Below, piece after piece: positions 40,469-50,040 of a stretch of DNA of 64,000 nt (its first letter is position 1; each line of letters opens with the position of its first letter). The notes under the pieces were generated by a model. The model was not told the origin of the DNA. It searched no databases and was given only the letters and a program-made list of their open reading frames with translations. The position numbers and the translations under genes were made by a program. This DNA is from an uncultured virus (IMG/VR IMGVR_UViG_3300043781_000019) (taxonomy: Duplodnaviria; Heunggongvirae; Uroviricota; Caudoviricetes; Herelleviridae), in IMG/VR virus record IMGVR_UViG_3300043781_000019. One strand, written 5' to 3'.

Positions 40469-41176
40469 ATAATATACATTTTAGGTAGTATTGGTGCGGG
40501 AAAAACTAGTTTAACAAGGCTATTATCGCAAGATTTATCATCTTCGGCATACTATGAGGATATTAGCAGTAATAAAATGATTGGTTCTATGCTAAAGAAG
40601 TTCTATTCAGCCGGTAAAGAAAGCCGTAAGCAGATTGGTACAATTCTTCAGGTAGCTTTTTTAACCTTTAGGTATCAGCAATTGAAACGTGCTGTAACTG
40701 AAAGAAACGCAGTTATGGATTCCTCACTAGAGTCTGACTGGGTACTTGCAAGCAATCTTAATAAGCGTGGCGAAATTGATGATGTGGACTTTAACGTTTA
40801 TGCCACCCTCTCACAAGAAATGCAGTCAAATGTTAACGGCATGCCATGGAACGCTTTACCAGACTTGGCTATTTACTTAAAGATTGATCCCGACCATGAA
40901 ATTGAAGAGATCAAGCATAGAGGTAGAGAAATGGAAAATGTTGACCCTACCCTAGACGAGTATTATCGTTCAGTTAATAAGGCTTATCGCGACTGGGCTA
41001 AGGGATATACGCGTTCTTTGCTGTTGACCATTGATAGGGACAAGTTAGACTTTGTTAACAGTATTGTTGATCAAAATAAAGTACTTGACAAAATCGAGTC
41101 TCGTCTGGTAGAATTAGGTAAATTGACACCTGCTGAGTTTGAAACGATTAAAGCGAAGAGAAGTAAACAGGTATAA
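40469..41176 (+). CDS. Deoxynucleoside kinase, probable non-canonical ATA start
   Basis: In-frame P-loop GSIGAGKTS upstream of the annotated ATG; LQVAFL..R, PDL.IYL, RGREME. Confidence 0.85.
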   Translation: MIYILGSIGAGKTSLTRLLSQDLSSSAYYEDISSNKMIGSMLKKFYSAGKESRKQIGTILQVAFLTFRYQQLKRAVTERNAVMDSSLESDWVLASNLNKRGEIDDVDFNVYATLSQEMQSNVNGMPWNALPDLAIYLKIDPDHEIEEIKHRGREMENVDPTLDEYYRSVNKAYRDWAKGYTRSLLLTIDRDKLDFVNSIVDQNKVLDKIESRLVELGKLTPAEFETIKAKRSKQV

Positions 41177-41215
41177 TCATAAGGTAATACAAGAATAAAG
41201 AAAGCTGGTATATAT

Positions 41216-41710
41216 TTGGAAGGTAAAGAACAAGGTAAGACAAAGACCATCTATATGGCTTGTGCATGGTTCAATGATGAGCAGACCAAGATGATGAACG
41301 AAGGCTATAAGAAGTTAAAGGCCAATAAAACAGTTGATTGGGAAAACTCTTATCGTCCTCTAGAACATCAATACGCGGGTATTAACGTTGAAGAACACCC
41401 AGAATGGATGCGCCGTGTAGACTGGCAAGCTATGACATTCAAATCAGATGTTAGTGGTATGGCTGGGTCAGACGTTGGTGTCTTCCTGTATAATCCTAAG
41501 AGTCCCGATGAAGGACAAACTTGGGAACAAGCTTGGCTTTACGCAAAGGGTAAGCCAGTAGTTATAGTTGTACCAGATGAAGAATATGGTAAGGTTGCTA
41601 TTAACTTGATGCCTGCTATTGGTGCTACTGATATTATTAAGTTATCCGAACTTGAACATTACAACTTCAATAAGGTTTATCAAACTACGTATAAGGGTAA
41701 TATTTACTAG
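41216..41710 (+). CDS. Nucleoside 2-deoxyribosyltransferase
   Basis: IYMA..WF, D...M..SD, DEG..WE..W.YA.GKPV, NLM. Confidence 0.85.
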   Translation: MEGKEQGKTKTIYMACAWFNDEQTKMMNEGYKKLKANKTVDWENSYRPLEHQYAGINVEEHPEWMRRVDWQAMTFKSDVSGMAGSDVGVFLYNPKSPDEGQTWEQAWLYAKGKPVVIVVPDEEYGKVAINLMPAIGATDIIKLSELEHYNFNKVYQTTYKGNIY

Positions 41711-41722
41711 GGAGAAATAAAA

Positions 41723-41983
41723 ATGACCCAAACAGCAATGAATATAACTTACTATGTCGTATCTACAAAAGGTGAAGAAACAGTCAGATACTTAACACAA
41801 GTAGACGAGGATTGGGGATTTGGACGATCCCTTGCAAATGCAAAAAAGTTTCGGGATTATAAAGAAGCAAGCTCTTATCGAAAGATGGTTTTATATAAAT
41901 ATGAGCATCAAACGAATAAATATGAGCCTCAAATGAAGATTTTAAAGATTTCTTACCCAGTTATGGTAGAAGAAATTAAGTAA
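41723..41983 (+). CDS. Hypothetical protein
   Basis: GGGAG RBS. Confidence 0.5.
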   Translation: MTQTAMNITYYVVSTKGEETVRYLTQVDEDWGFGRSLANAKKFRDYKEASSYRKMVLYKYEHQTNKYEPQMKILKISYPVMVEEIK

Positions 41984-42064
41984 GCTGTTGCAAAAAGAAC
42001 CAGATAGCTCTGGAGACAAGCAAGGGAAACCTTAGCTAAAATAAAGTAGAAGAAGGAATATGAA

Positions 42065-42838
42065 GTGGACAATTTAGAACCAGAAGAAAAAGAATATGCT
42101 TGGTACAGCGCTCTTAAGCCAAGCTGGTATATTGAACAAATGAAGGGCTGGACAGCAGCTAGTTATTCATTATTGTTTCTTGGCATTGGTATCATTTTAG
42201 GAATGACAGTTGCTCAGCCAATTACAAGGGTGGCATTATTAACCTTAGCAGCAGGGGTATTAGGGTTTACTACAACTGTTGCCACTACAAATGCACGACC
42301 CGTTAATGGTATGTTTGGATTAATTAGCGCGATCATTTACATTATTGTTGCGGTAGGAGCTAAAAATTATAATGACGTAGTTCTACAAGCAACATATATC
42401 ATTTTGTTAGATATTCCTATTTTGCTTTTACCATCTTGGGCAAAAGATGTTGATAAAAAGGTTAGATTTCTTGCAGAGGAAGGTAAAGGCATTCGCAACT
42501 GGATTTTGACAGGCATTTTCTTCATTGCTGTCTTTGGAATTCTTTACTATTCTGACACGCATATTTTCATTAGTCCCCGACCAATTACGGACTCACTTGC
42601 AGCGGCAATTGGTATTACAGGAGCTATGTTGACCACACTAAGATTTTCTGAATCCTATATTTGCTGGACTATTCAAGGGATCATGTCAGTTGTTCTTTGG
42701 GGAATCACGGCCTTCCAAGGGGATGCAAATTGGGTACTGTTTGTAACTTACTTGATGTATCTTGCTAATGACGGTATTTCATTCTTAGATAAGGGTACAC
42801 CTTGGTTCCATCATCAAAAGCACGAAAAAGTAGCTTAA
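42065..42838 (+). CDS. pnuC: PnuC-family nucleoside/NMN transporter
   Basis: About 7 TM helices, PnuC-like pattern, salvage gene context. Confidence 0.75.
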   Translation: MDNLEPEEKEYAWYSALKPSWYIEQMKGWTAASYSLLFLGIGIILGMTVAQPITRVALLTLAAGVLGFTTTVATTNARPVNGMFGLISAIIYIIVAVGAKNYNDVVLQATYIILLDIPILLLPSWAKDVDKKVRFLAEEGKGIRNWILTGIFFIAVFGILYYSDTHIFISPRPITDSLAAAIGITGAMLTTLRFSESYICWTIQGIMSVVLWGITAFQGDANWVLFVTYLMYLANDGISFLDKGTPWFHHQKHEKVA

Positions 42839-42850
42839 ACAAGTAAATAT

Positions 42851-42880
42851 AAAAAGAGACCTTTAGCGGGTCTCTTTTTT
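42851..42880. terminator. Bidirectional terminator between pnuC and corA
   Basis: aaaagagacc...ggtctcttttt. Confidence 0.7.
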
Positions 42881-43852
42881 GCTGCCATTAAGTAACTTCC
42901 TAATATACTTGCTTAGCCAAATGGAAGAAGCAAAGATTGTAGCAAAAACTAAAAGGGTAGTAACGTGACTACTTTCTTCTGGAAGATAATAATTAATACC
43001 AAGAGCGCCAAAAGAGGCACTTAAAAAGGACAAAACAATGCTCCACTCAGTGAACTTGTTAATTGTAGCAAGCTGATTATTACCAACTATTGATGATACT
43101 AGACTTGCGTACTTATCCAAAATGTAGTCCAAATGTCGAGCCGATTCTGAGGTTTCTTCTAATGCAAGACTAGCAGATCTGGCTAATTCTGTATACTTTT
43201 CAGATGCAAAATAGTTAGCATCATCCTCTATTTTTTCACAGATACTTTGGTTATTAGCAAGTGAGTCTAGGAATGAAGAAACGGTTTTTTGTATTGACAT
43301 TATATGATAAAATATATTATTATTTGTAGCCGTTTTAAGTGACTGTTCTAAATCATTGGCATCTTTACTTAATATATTTAGGATACTTCTATATTCCTTA
43401 GACATATAGTATATAACAAGAAGCATTATATCTTTTTTATTTGTGATAGGAACCTTTAAATTTTTGCTATCTTTTTGTATAATTGATATAAATGATGGCT
43501 CATGACTACTTATTGTGATAAGATCATTGTTATCTCCATCGTTGCTTAAGATAAGTATAATAGGACTTGTGGTGTATTCCTTGAAATCACCTAGGTTTGA
43601 CTTGACAGTCTTTGGGTACTGAAGTACAATCATAAGTGGCTTATCTGGTTCGGTTAGGCCTTCTATATGGCTACTTTCATGGCTAGACAGAATGAGTTTT
43701 GAGGTACTGACATCTAACCCAGTTCTTTTTTGCACAAGGCTTAGATCTCTATTACTAGGATTAGTGATCTCTAACCAGTCATAATCACCACCTTTTAGCT
43801 CGTCTATTTCATGTGTGCTTCTTATCTTATATAATTGCTGCACGTGAATCAT
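42863..43852 (-). CDS. corA: CorA-family divalent cation transporter
   Basis: WLEITNPS N-terminus, long stalk helix, two C-terminal TMs; GIN in place of GMN. Confidence 0.8.
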   Translation of the reverse strand: MIHVQQLYKIRSTHEIDELKGGDYDWLEITNPSNRDLSLVQKRTGLDVSTSKLILSSHESSHIEGLTEPDKPLMIVLQYPKTVKSNLGDFKEYTTSPIILILSNDGDNNDLITISSHEPSFISIIQKDSKNLKVPITNKKDIMLLVIYYMSKEYRSILNILSKDANDLEQSLKTATNNNIFYHIMSIQKTVSSFLDSLANNQSICEKIEDDANYFASEKYTELARSASLALEETSESARHLDYILDKYASLVSSIVGNNQLATINKFTEWSIVLSFLSASFGALGINYYLPEESSHVTTLLVFATIFASSIWLSKYIRKLLNGSKKETR

Positions 43853-43930
43853 CTCCTACTAGTTTAATATAACTGTTGACAACTGTGTTAATTAGTGCTA
43901 GTATAGTATTTAAAGAAAGAAGGTAATTCA

Positions 43931-45412
43931 TTGAAACAAGCAGAAGTAAAAGAGAGCATGAACTCATTTTTAAAGGAGCATTCTGAGTATGTATCAGGAG
44001 GATATACAATTGGCTTCTTTACTAAGGAAAAAGGGCTTTATTCAGGAGTTTGTAAAACACAAGGTAAGTTATACGGATTTGTAATTGACTTTTCTAACAA
44101 AAGCTTTTTTATAGAAGGTATTACAGGAAAGCATTTAAAAGAAAACTATAAAAATTTGAACACTATTTTTCCAAGCGGTGAGTTAGAACTTGCTGCAAAG
44201 GTAAGCGACACATTAAAAAAACTATATCGAATTGGATACATGCTTGGGGATTATAATAGCCAATCAGATGGTTGGGGAGGACAAGAAAGTATTAATATTG
44301 GTCGTGGCTTACTAAGAGCAATTAAAAAATTTCCTATTGCAGAGCAGTTAGCCGCTATGCCTTGGTCATACTCAGCTACTAATACTATGCATGGACTTAT
44401 TTATGACCTCAATGTTGGCGATGGAATTTCACTAAGAAAAGCAACAGGATTATCAAGTGGTAATTTCAAACTTTTCTCAAATGCTAAAAGTGAATATGAA
44501 GCTAAGAACATCTTTACCTTGGGAAATGAGGGCTATGCTCTAATTAAACAATGCTCTGATATTATTGAACAGGTTGATAAGGAACGTGGTTATCATGACA
44601 GCGACACTTATATTCACCAAATTATTGACTATATTAAGTACTCATATTCAAGAGAAAACCTAATTAATATGCAGAAGAGTGAAAAATATGAAGATATTAA
44701 CTTTAGCTTTACAAATATGATTAGATATTTGTATTTCAGCTGCTATCATCAACAAGCTCTGGGTTTTCGACAAGCACTTGATATTTTGGAAGATTACTGG
44801 AAAGTGATTCCTAATAGTAAGGGTGTCAGCAAGTATCCTAGATACCTAAAGACGGCTCATGATGTAGCTTCTAATAACTACCAAGTTATTAAGGATTTTT
44901 CAAAGGTGCTTGGGGTATATGATAATTATAAAAAGCATAGTGAACTAGAGGGTATTTGCAAAAACACCGCTTTCATTGTTGCAATGACACCAAGTGAAAT
45001 TTCAGATGAAGCAAACCAGCAAAGCAATTGTGTAGCTGGATATATTAATTCCGTTTCTGAAAATAAGACAACCATTATGTTTATGCGTGACGCTAATAAT
45101 ATTGAGCACTCAAAAGTTACCTTTGAAATTAAAGATGGTACTCTTATACAGGCTTATGCAACTTATGATAGGCCATTAGATAAGGAACAGTCATCTATGC
45201 TTCTAGGATATTGCAAACTAATGAATATTGGATGGACAAAAAACTTGGCTTTAGACTATAGTGCTAACCCTACCAACTATAAAAAGTTAAAAGAGTTAAC
45301 AGATTTCCATGACACAAAAGCTGTTAATGAATTAGAAGATAAGCGGAATAAAGAGATTGAAAAGTATAAGGAAACACTTATGAATAATAGTGCAGTACGT
45401 AAAACTGCGTAG
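43931..45412 (+). CDS. PcfJ-like domain protein
   Basis: DY...YPRYLKTAHD...EANQQSNCVAGY...FMR. Confidence 0.7.
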   Translation: MKQAEVKESMNSFLKEHSEYVSGGYTIGFFTKEKGLYSGVCKTQGKLYGFVIDFSNKSFFIEGITGKHLKENYKNLNTIFPSGELELAAKVSDTLKKLYRIGYMLGDYNSQSDGWGGQESINIGRGLLRAIKKFPIAEQLAAMPWSYSATNTMHGLIYDLNVGDGISLRKATGLSSGNFKLFSNAKSEYEAKNIFTLGNEGYALIKQCSDIIEQVDKERGYHDSDTYIHQIIDYIKYSYSRENLINMQKSEKYEDINFSFTNMIRYLYFSCYHQQALGFRQALDILEDYWKVIPNSKGVSKYPRYLKTAHDVASNNYQVIKDFSKVLGVYDNYKKHSELEGICKNTAFIVAMTPSEISDEANQQSNCVAGYINSVSENKTTIMFMRDANNIEHSKVTFEIKDGTLIQAYATYDRPLDKEQSSMLLGYCKLMNIGWTKNLALDYSANPTNYKKLKELTDFHDTKAVNELEDKRNKEIEKYKETLMNNSAVRKTA

Positions 45413-45423
45413 GAGGAATAAAA

Positions 45424-45747
45424 ATGACTAATAAAATTGGTACATTGGTTTATATTGATGGTGATCAACTAAACGAGGCAATTGGGTATGAGCATTTTGA
45501 TGCTGACTCTGTTGTTAGCGGATTGAAGCTTACGCAAGACAGCCTTCTGGTTTTAGGCAAGGATGCAGCAGAAGTTTTTAACTTGCCACTTAAAGTTGAT
45601 AAACTAAAAAAGTTTGATGCTACTTTTTATGATCCAAGCGAAGTAGGGTTTGTAATTGGCGCACCAAGTTACTATCAAGGTGCACAAAGCAACTCAGATG
45701 ATGATGATGATAGCAAGGAATGTGACGACAATTGGGGGAGTTTCTAA
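45424..45747 (+). CDS. Hypothetical protein
   Basis: AGGAGG RBS. Confidence 0.55.
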   Translation: MTNKIGTLVYIDGDQLNEAIGYEHFDADSVVSGLKLTQDSLLVLGKDAAEVFNLPLKVDKLKKFDATFYDPSEVGFVIGAPSYYQGAQSNSDDDDDSKECDDNWGSF

Positions 45748-45748
45748 T

Positions 45749-46384
45749 ATGGGGTTATATACTGTATACTTTGAAAACTGTGATGTTATGAAAATACCTG
45801 AGGAAGATGTTACAGCGTTTCATGCTATGGGTGTATCTGATAACATATCTTTAGATTATAGCTCATACAAGTCTGCGGATGACATTATGCTAGTGCTTAA
45901 AAAGTCATTTACAGATAAAGAGTTTCAAAGCATTATGGGTGATGACGAAATCAGTAATGAGGAAAGGCTATCTTATGGTGACATTGTTTCAATTAGAACC
46001 CCTAAGGGACAAGAAGTTTATGTTCCATGGGAGGATGATTCATCTGAGCAGTTTAACAGCAATCAGTCAGTTAGCTACGTTGACGAATTTCTTAATGAGG
46101 ATGAAAACGGTAACTGGTTTTCCATTACATTTAAGACACTACCTAGTACAGACGCCCTTGGTGCTAAAATAGAGCAAGACCATAATGTATATGTTAGCAG
46201 TACCCAATTAGGGTCGCATACTTTAATTAATTTACTTGAAAGCTTTGATACTCGCATTAAAGCATTAGAGGATGCGGGTAAGCCAGATAAATCTAGCCAA
46301 GATACAGTAGATAAAATTAAAGATAAGTTACAGGATGTTAAAACTTTGCTTGATAGTATTTCTAAGGAGGTTAAAAATGAGTAA
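45749..46384 (+). CDS. Hypothetical protein
   Basis: Likely start MGLYTV at 45749. Confidence 0.55.
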   Translation: MGLYTVYFENCDVMKIPEEDVTAFHAMGVSDNISLDYSSYKSADDIMLVLKKSFTDKEFQSIMGDDEISNEERLSYGDIVSIRTPKGQEVYVPWEDDSSEQFNSNQSVSYVDEFLNEDENGNWFSITFKTLPSTDALGAKIEQDHNVYVSSTQLGSHTLINLLESFDTRIKALEDAGKPDKSSQDTVDKIKDKLQDVKTLLDSISKEVKNE

Positions 46385-46877
46385 GCGAGATAAGTACCCA
46401 GATAGTGACGCTCGTAAGTTTGTTCTTGGGGGGTTAAAGTATAAAGGAATTACTCTTAAGGATATTGCTAAAATTGCTTATGGTTTAGAAAAGGATTATG
46501 TTAATGGATTAACCTTAGGTATGTGTAAAGATGCTGTTAATAAGGTTCTTGATAAACGCGATGTGCTTAGCTTGTGTATGACAGGATTAGAATTAGATAG
46601 GTTAGCTGAACATAACCTATTAAAAGAGCCACTTTTGTCAATAGTTAAGAATGATTTAGGGCTATTTTCAGTAGACGAGGTGTTTGGATCAGCTATTTGT
46701 AACTTGTTTTTTACTATAGCTGTAACAAATTATGGATTTATTGATAAGAAAAAGATTGGTAAAATTAAGGATCTAGACGAAAGCAAAGATCATTGTAACA
46801 CATTTATTGATGACTTAGTAGGGGCTATTGCAGCCGCCGCCGCAGCCAAGATTGCTCACGATCACAATGGAGACTAA
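46377..46877 (+). CDS. pgpA: Phosphatidylglycerophosphatase A (YutG-like)
   Basis: TGLELD...VDE...TNYG..DK...DDLVGAIAAAAA. Confidence 0.85.
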   Translation: MSKRDKYPDSDARKFVLGGLKYKGITLKDIAKIAYGLEKDYVNGLTLGMCKDAVNKVLDKRDVLSLCMTGLELDRLAEHNLLKEPLLSIVKNDLGLFSVDEVFGSAICNLFFTIAVTNYGFIDKKKIGKIKDLDESKDHCNTFIDDLVGAIAAAAAAKIAHDHNGD

Positions 46878-46879
46878 TA

Positions 46880-47464
46880 ATGGCACAATTATTTTTTAAG
46901 TATGGGTGTATGGATTCTGGTAAAACCATGCAACTATTGGCAACCAAGCATAATTATGATGCTTATGGTAGAACGTGCCTAATCATGTCTCCTAGCGTAG
47001 ATACCCGTTCAGGGTATGGGACTATTAAATCTCGTTTAAAAGGCATGGAAGAGCCAGCAGAGGCCATTGAAGCGGGCATGGACATTTATCATAAGGTTGC
47101 GACAATGGACAGTATTCCAGATGCTATTTTAGTAGATGAAGCTCAATTTCTTTCTGAGGATCATATTAATCAATTAGCAGAAATTGTTGACAAGCTGGGT
47201 ATTCCTGTGATATGCTTTGGGTTGAAGACAGATTTCCAAGCTAAGCTATTTAGTGGCTCTAAACGACTGCTTGAAGTTGCAGATAAGATTGAGGAAATTA
47301 AAACTATTTGTGCTTATTGCAACCATAAAGCAGTTCTTAATGGGCGATTTAAATACGGAAAGCTTGTGACCAATGGAAAACAGGTGCAAGTAGGAGACGA
47401 GGACTACAAGCCGTTGTGCCGGTATCATTACAGCAAGTTAAGGGAGGAGACTGAATGTATGTAG
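46880..47464 (+). CDS. tdk: Thymidine kinase
   Basis: YGCMDSGKT, VDEAQFL, GLKTDF, C..C/C..H zinc site. Confidence 0.95.
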   Translation: MAQLFFKYGCMDSGKTMQLLATKHNYDAYGRTCLIMSPSVDTRSGYGTIKSRLKGMEEPAEAIEAGMDIYHKVATMDSIPDAILVDEAQFLSEDHINQLAEIVDKLGIPVICFGLKTDFQAKLFSGSKRLLEVADKIEEIKTICAYCNHKAVLNGRFKYGKLVTNGKQVQVGDEDYKPLCRYHYSKLREETECM

Positions 47465-47535
47465 TAATTTTGGGAGACACTGTTATATCTGAACATTTTA
47501 AGTAGTAGGAATGCAGAGAAAAGGGAGAGAATAAA

Positions 47536-48003
47536 TTGAAATCAAGTAATAACGAAATTAATAGTTTAAAGAATTTACAAGCAGAATTGCAGCAAGCACA
47601 CCAAATCATTTGGGGACTTCATTGGTCAATGTTTGGGAAGGGGTTCTTAGCTAATCACCCATTTTTGGATGATCCTTTAGAAGAAATTGATGAAATGGTT
47701 GATTGGGTAGCTGAACGTATTGTTCAGTTAGGAGATATTCCTATTGATTCATACGAGGAAGTTCTAAAATTGGCAACAAGTAAAAGCATTGAATCACGTC
47801 CATATTCAATGAATAATGCTATTAGTGGCATTAAAGTAGTCTTATCTGAGCTTGATAAGGCACTCTATGACGCACGTAAAGGGCTTGATTCAGTTGACAC
47901 AGCAACTAGTTCTCAGATTGATGCCTATATTGGTACAGTTGAAAAGTACTTGTGGATGATTTCAGCAGAGGCTTCTTTAGAAAGTGGTGATATGCATGAC
48001 TAA
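47536..48003 (+). CDS. dps: Dps/ferritin-like protein
   Basis: HW.M.G.GF...H...D..AERI..LG; EK.LWM. Confidence 0.85.
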   Translation: MKSSNNEINSLKNLQAELQQAHQIIWGLHWSMFGKGFLANHPFLDDPLEEIDEMVDWVAERIVQLGDIPIDSYEEVLKLATSKSIESRPYSMNNAISGIKVVLSELDKALYDARKGLDSVDTATSSQIDAYIGTVEKYLWMISAEASLESGDMHD

Positions 48004-48217
48004 TATTCCTTCTGGAGTAAAAAAGTGGATTAAGGAATGTCAAAAAGACCGAGTTAGTTTAGCTATGGCACTTGTTAAAGCACCTGCTAGTAAAACTTCT
48101 GTATGGGATTTCTTAGCACCACACCACCTTGACGCGGATCAGTATGAAGACACTATTGATTTTGAGCGAGCAAACGAATTCGCGGAATATTGGATAAAGG
48201 AGCTTAAAGATAAGTAA
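47984..48217 (+). CDS. Hypothetical protein
   Basis: ORF followed by terminator hairpin. Confidence 0.5.
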   Translation: MVICMTNIPSGVKKWIKECQKDRVSLAMALVKAPASKTSVWDFLAPHHLDADQYEDTIDFERANEFAEYWIKELKDK

Positions 48218-48300
48218 TAAAAATTGGGGCAAACGTCCCTTTTTTTATTGACATAGATGATGGTGTATGCTAATATTAATTTGGCTTTGGGAGATACTAT

Positions 48301-49161
48301 ATGTTTAAGATAACTTCTAGATTTTACATTATATATGGGGATGATAAGCCAATATATGTTGGATACACTAATAGGACTGTCAAGCAGCGGTTTGTTGAGC
48401 ATTGTCAAGATAAGGATTTTAGTAGCTATGATAATGTTTATGTTAAAGAACTAGTGAATGAAAAGCTTAGCTTTAACTTTACATGGGATTATGAGCAAAC
48501 CTGTGTTAATGCCAACTGTGTTTCAGAAAGAGAATCCAACTTAGTTTCTAAATATGGCACTCAGGGTTCTGCCTATCAAAAAGCCATTGGTGGCGGGCAA
48601 ACGTGGGCAAGCGAAAAAGGATTTGTTAAGTCAAATATTAATAACCCAAAGTTTATGGGAATGGCTGGTAGTCAAGTAAAAAAGTATTTGGAAAGTAGGA
48701 AAAAGAAGTCTGTTTGGCTAAGTCACTTTGTAAGCCATATGCAACCAGTTGAGGCTGTTTGGTTAAGCAGCTTTGTAGGTAACATGAAACCGGTTGAGGC
48801 TATTTGGCTAAGTCACTTTGTAGGTAACATGAAACCGGTTGAGGCTATTTGGTTAAGTCACTTTGTAGGTAGTATGAGGCCAGCTGAGGCTGTTTGGCTA
48901 AGTAACTTTGTAGGTAACATGAATCCGGTTGAGGCTGTTTGGTTAAGAAACTTTGTAGGTAGTATGAGGCCAGCTGAGGCTGTTTGGTTAAGTCACTTTG
49001 TAAGTAGCATGAGACCAGTTGAGGAAGTTTGGTTAAATGACTTTGTGCATAACATGAGGCCAGTTGAGGCTGTTTGGTTAAGCAATTTTGTAGGTGGCAT
49101 GAGGTCGGTTGAGTCTGCTTGGTTAAGAAGCTTTGTAGGGAACATGAAGACGTTAGATTAA
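48301..49161 (+). CDS. GIY-YIG-like endonuclease with ten C-terminal 15-aa repeats
   Basis: YIIY...YVGYT...RFVEH...E N-terminal domain; own promoter at 48248. Confidence 0.7.
   Translation: MFKITSRFYIIYGDDKPIYVGYTNRTVKQRFVEHCQDKDFSSYDNVYVKELVNEKLSFNFTWDYEQTCVNANCVSERESNLVSKYGTQGSAYQKAIGGGQTWASEKGFVKSNINNPKFMGMAGSQVKKYLESRKKKSVWLSHFVSHMQPVEAVWLSSFVGNMKPVEAIWLSHFVGNMKPVEAIWLSHFVGSMRPAEAVWLSNFVGNMNPVEAVWLRNFVGSMRPAEAVWLSHFVSSMRPVEEVWLNDFVHNMRPVEAVWLSNFVGGMRSVESAWLRSFVGNMKTLD
48709..49158 (+). repeat. Ten in-frame 45-bp tandem repeats
   Basis: Consensus peptide AVWLxxFVxxMxPVE. Confidence 0.95.
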
Positions 49162-49190
49162 ATTTGTGTACTATATAGGGAGGAAATAAT

Positions 49191-49481
49191 ATGATTAAAA
49201 TTAGTTTTAATAAAAACAGCAAAGGAAAGTATGACTTTTCTGTAACTCAAAATGATAAATTGCTATACAAGAAAGAATATGCTGCCACAGAAAAGGATGA
49301 AACAGGGCACACACAAGCGCAAGTTTTCAAGGCTTATTGTAACTTTTTACAAGACCAAGTAAATGAAATTCTTGAGAAAGACCCTAATTTTCACTGGAAG
49401 TCCTTCAAAGACTTTAAGGCGTTTGCAGGCACCAAGAATCAAAATCTATTTTTTGAAAATGAGTTAAAATACTTGGATTAA
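49191..49481 (+). CDS. Hypothetical protein
   Basis: GGAGG RBS. Confidence 0.55.
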   Translation: MIKISFNKNSKGKYDFSVTQNDKLLYKKEYAATEKDETGHTQAQVFKAYCNFLQDQVNEILEKDPNFHWKSFKDFKAFAGTKNQNLFFENELKYLD

Positions 49482-49652
49482 TATGTTGACTTTTTAAAAT
49501 AAACGTGGTATAGTATTTATATAAGCTAGTTGGAAGGACAACCATATAAACCCTGCGATTCATGCTTGGCCAAAACATTTTTGCAGTAATTGATGGCTTG
49601 ATGCTTCCAGAAAGGGCGCCCGCTGGAAGCTACAAAATGGTGGCGCTATACT

Positions 49653-49725
49653 GCTTCCTTAGCTCATTAGGTAGAGCACTTGTTTTGTAAGCAAGAGGTG
49701 ACTGGTTCAAGCCCAGTAGGAAGCA
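49653..49725 (+). tRNA. tRNA-Thr(TGT)
   Basis: Cloverleaf, loop TTTGTAA, no encoded CCA. Confidence 0.9.
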
Positions 49726-49963
49726 TAGATTCAAATAAGCAATAGGCGATACCTTAAGCAAAATAACTAATATTTGGATTAAGCACTAAAAAGTGTTGAC
49801 ATTTAAAGCAGCACATGGTACACTTATTACTGTTGAAAGGCAAAAGGGATAAGGAAGATATAAAACGTGAGTTTTGTTAGTTAGAAAAATTAAAAAATAG
49901 GCCTTGACATTTTAGATAAGTTGTGTTAGTATTAAATTATGGTCATTAATAAGTGGCCATTTT

Positions 49964-50035
49964 GGACCGTTAGCTTAATGGTAAAGTCGTCAGCTCATAC
50001 CTGATTTTATGAACGTTCGAGTCGTTCACGGTCCA
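49964..50035 (+). tRNA. tRNA-CAT (Ile2 or Met)
   Basis: GGACCGT/ACGGTCC acceptor, loop CTCATAC. Confidence 0.8.
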
Positions 50036-50040
50036 TTTAT

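Noticed and set aside
48709..49158. CRISPR array
   Set aside because: Units are contiguous in-frame coding repeats with no unique spacers, and no cas genes are present
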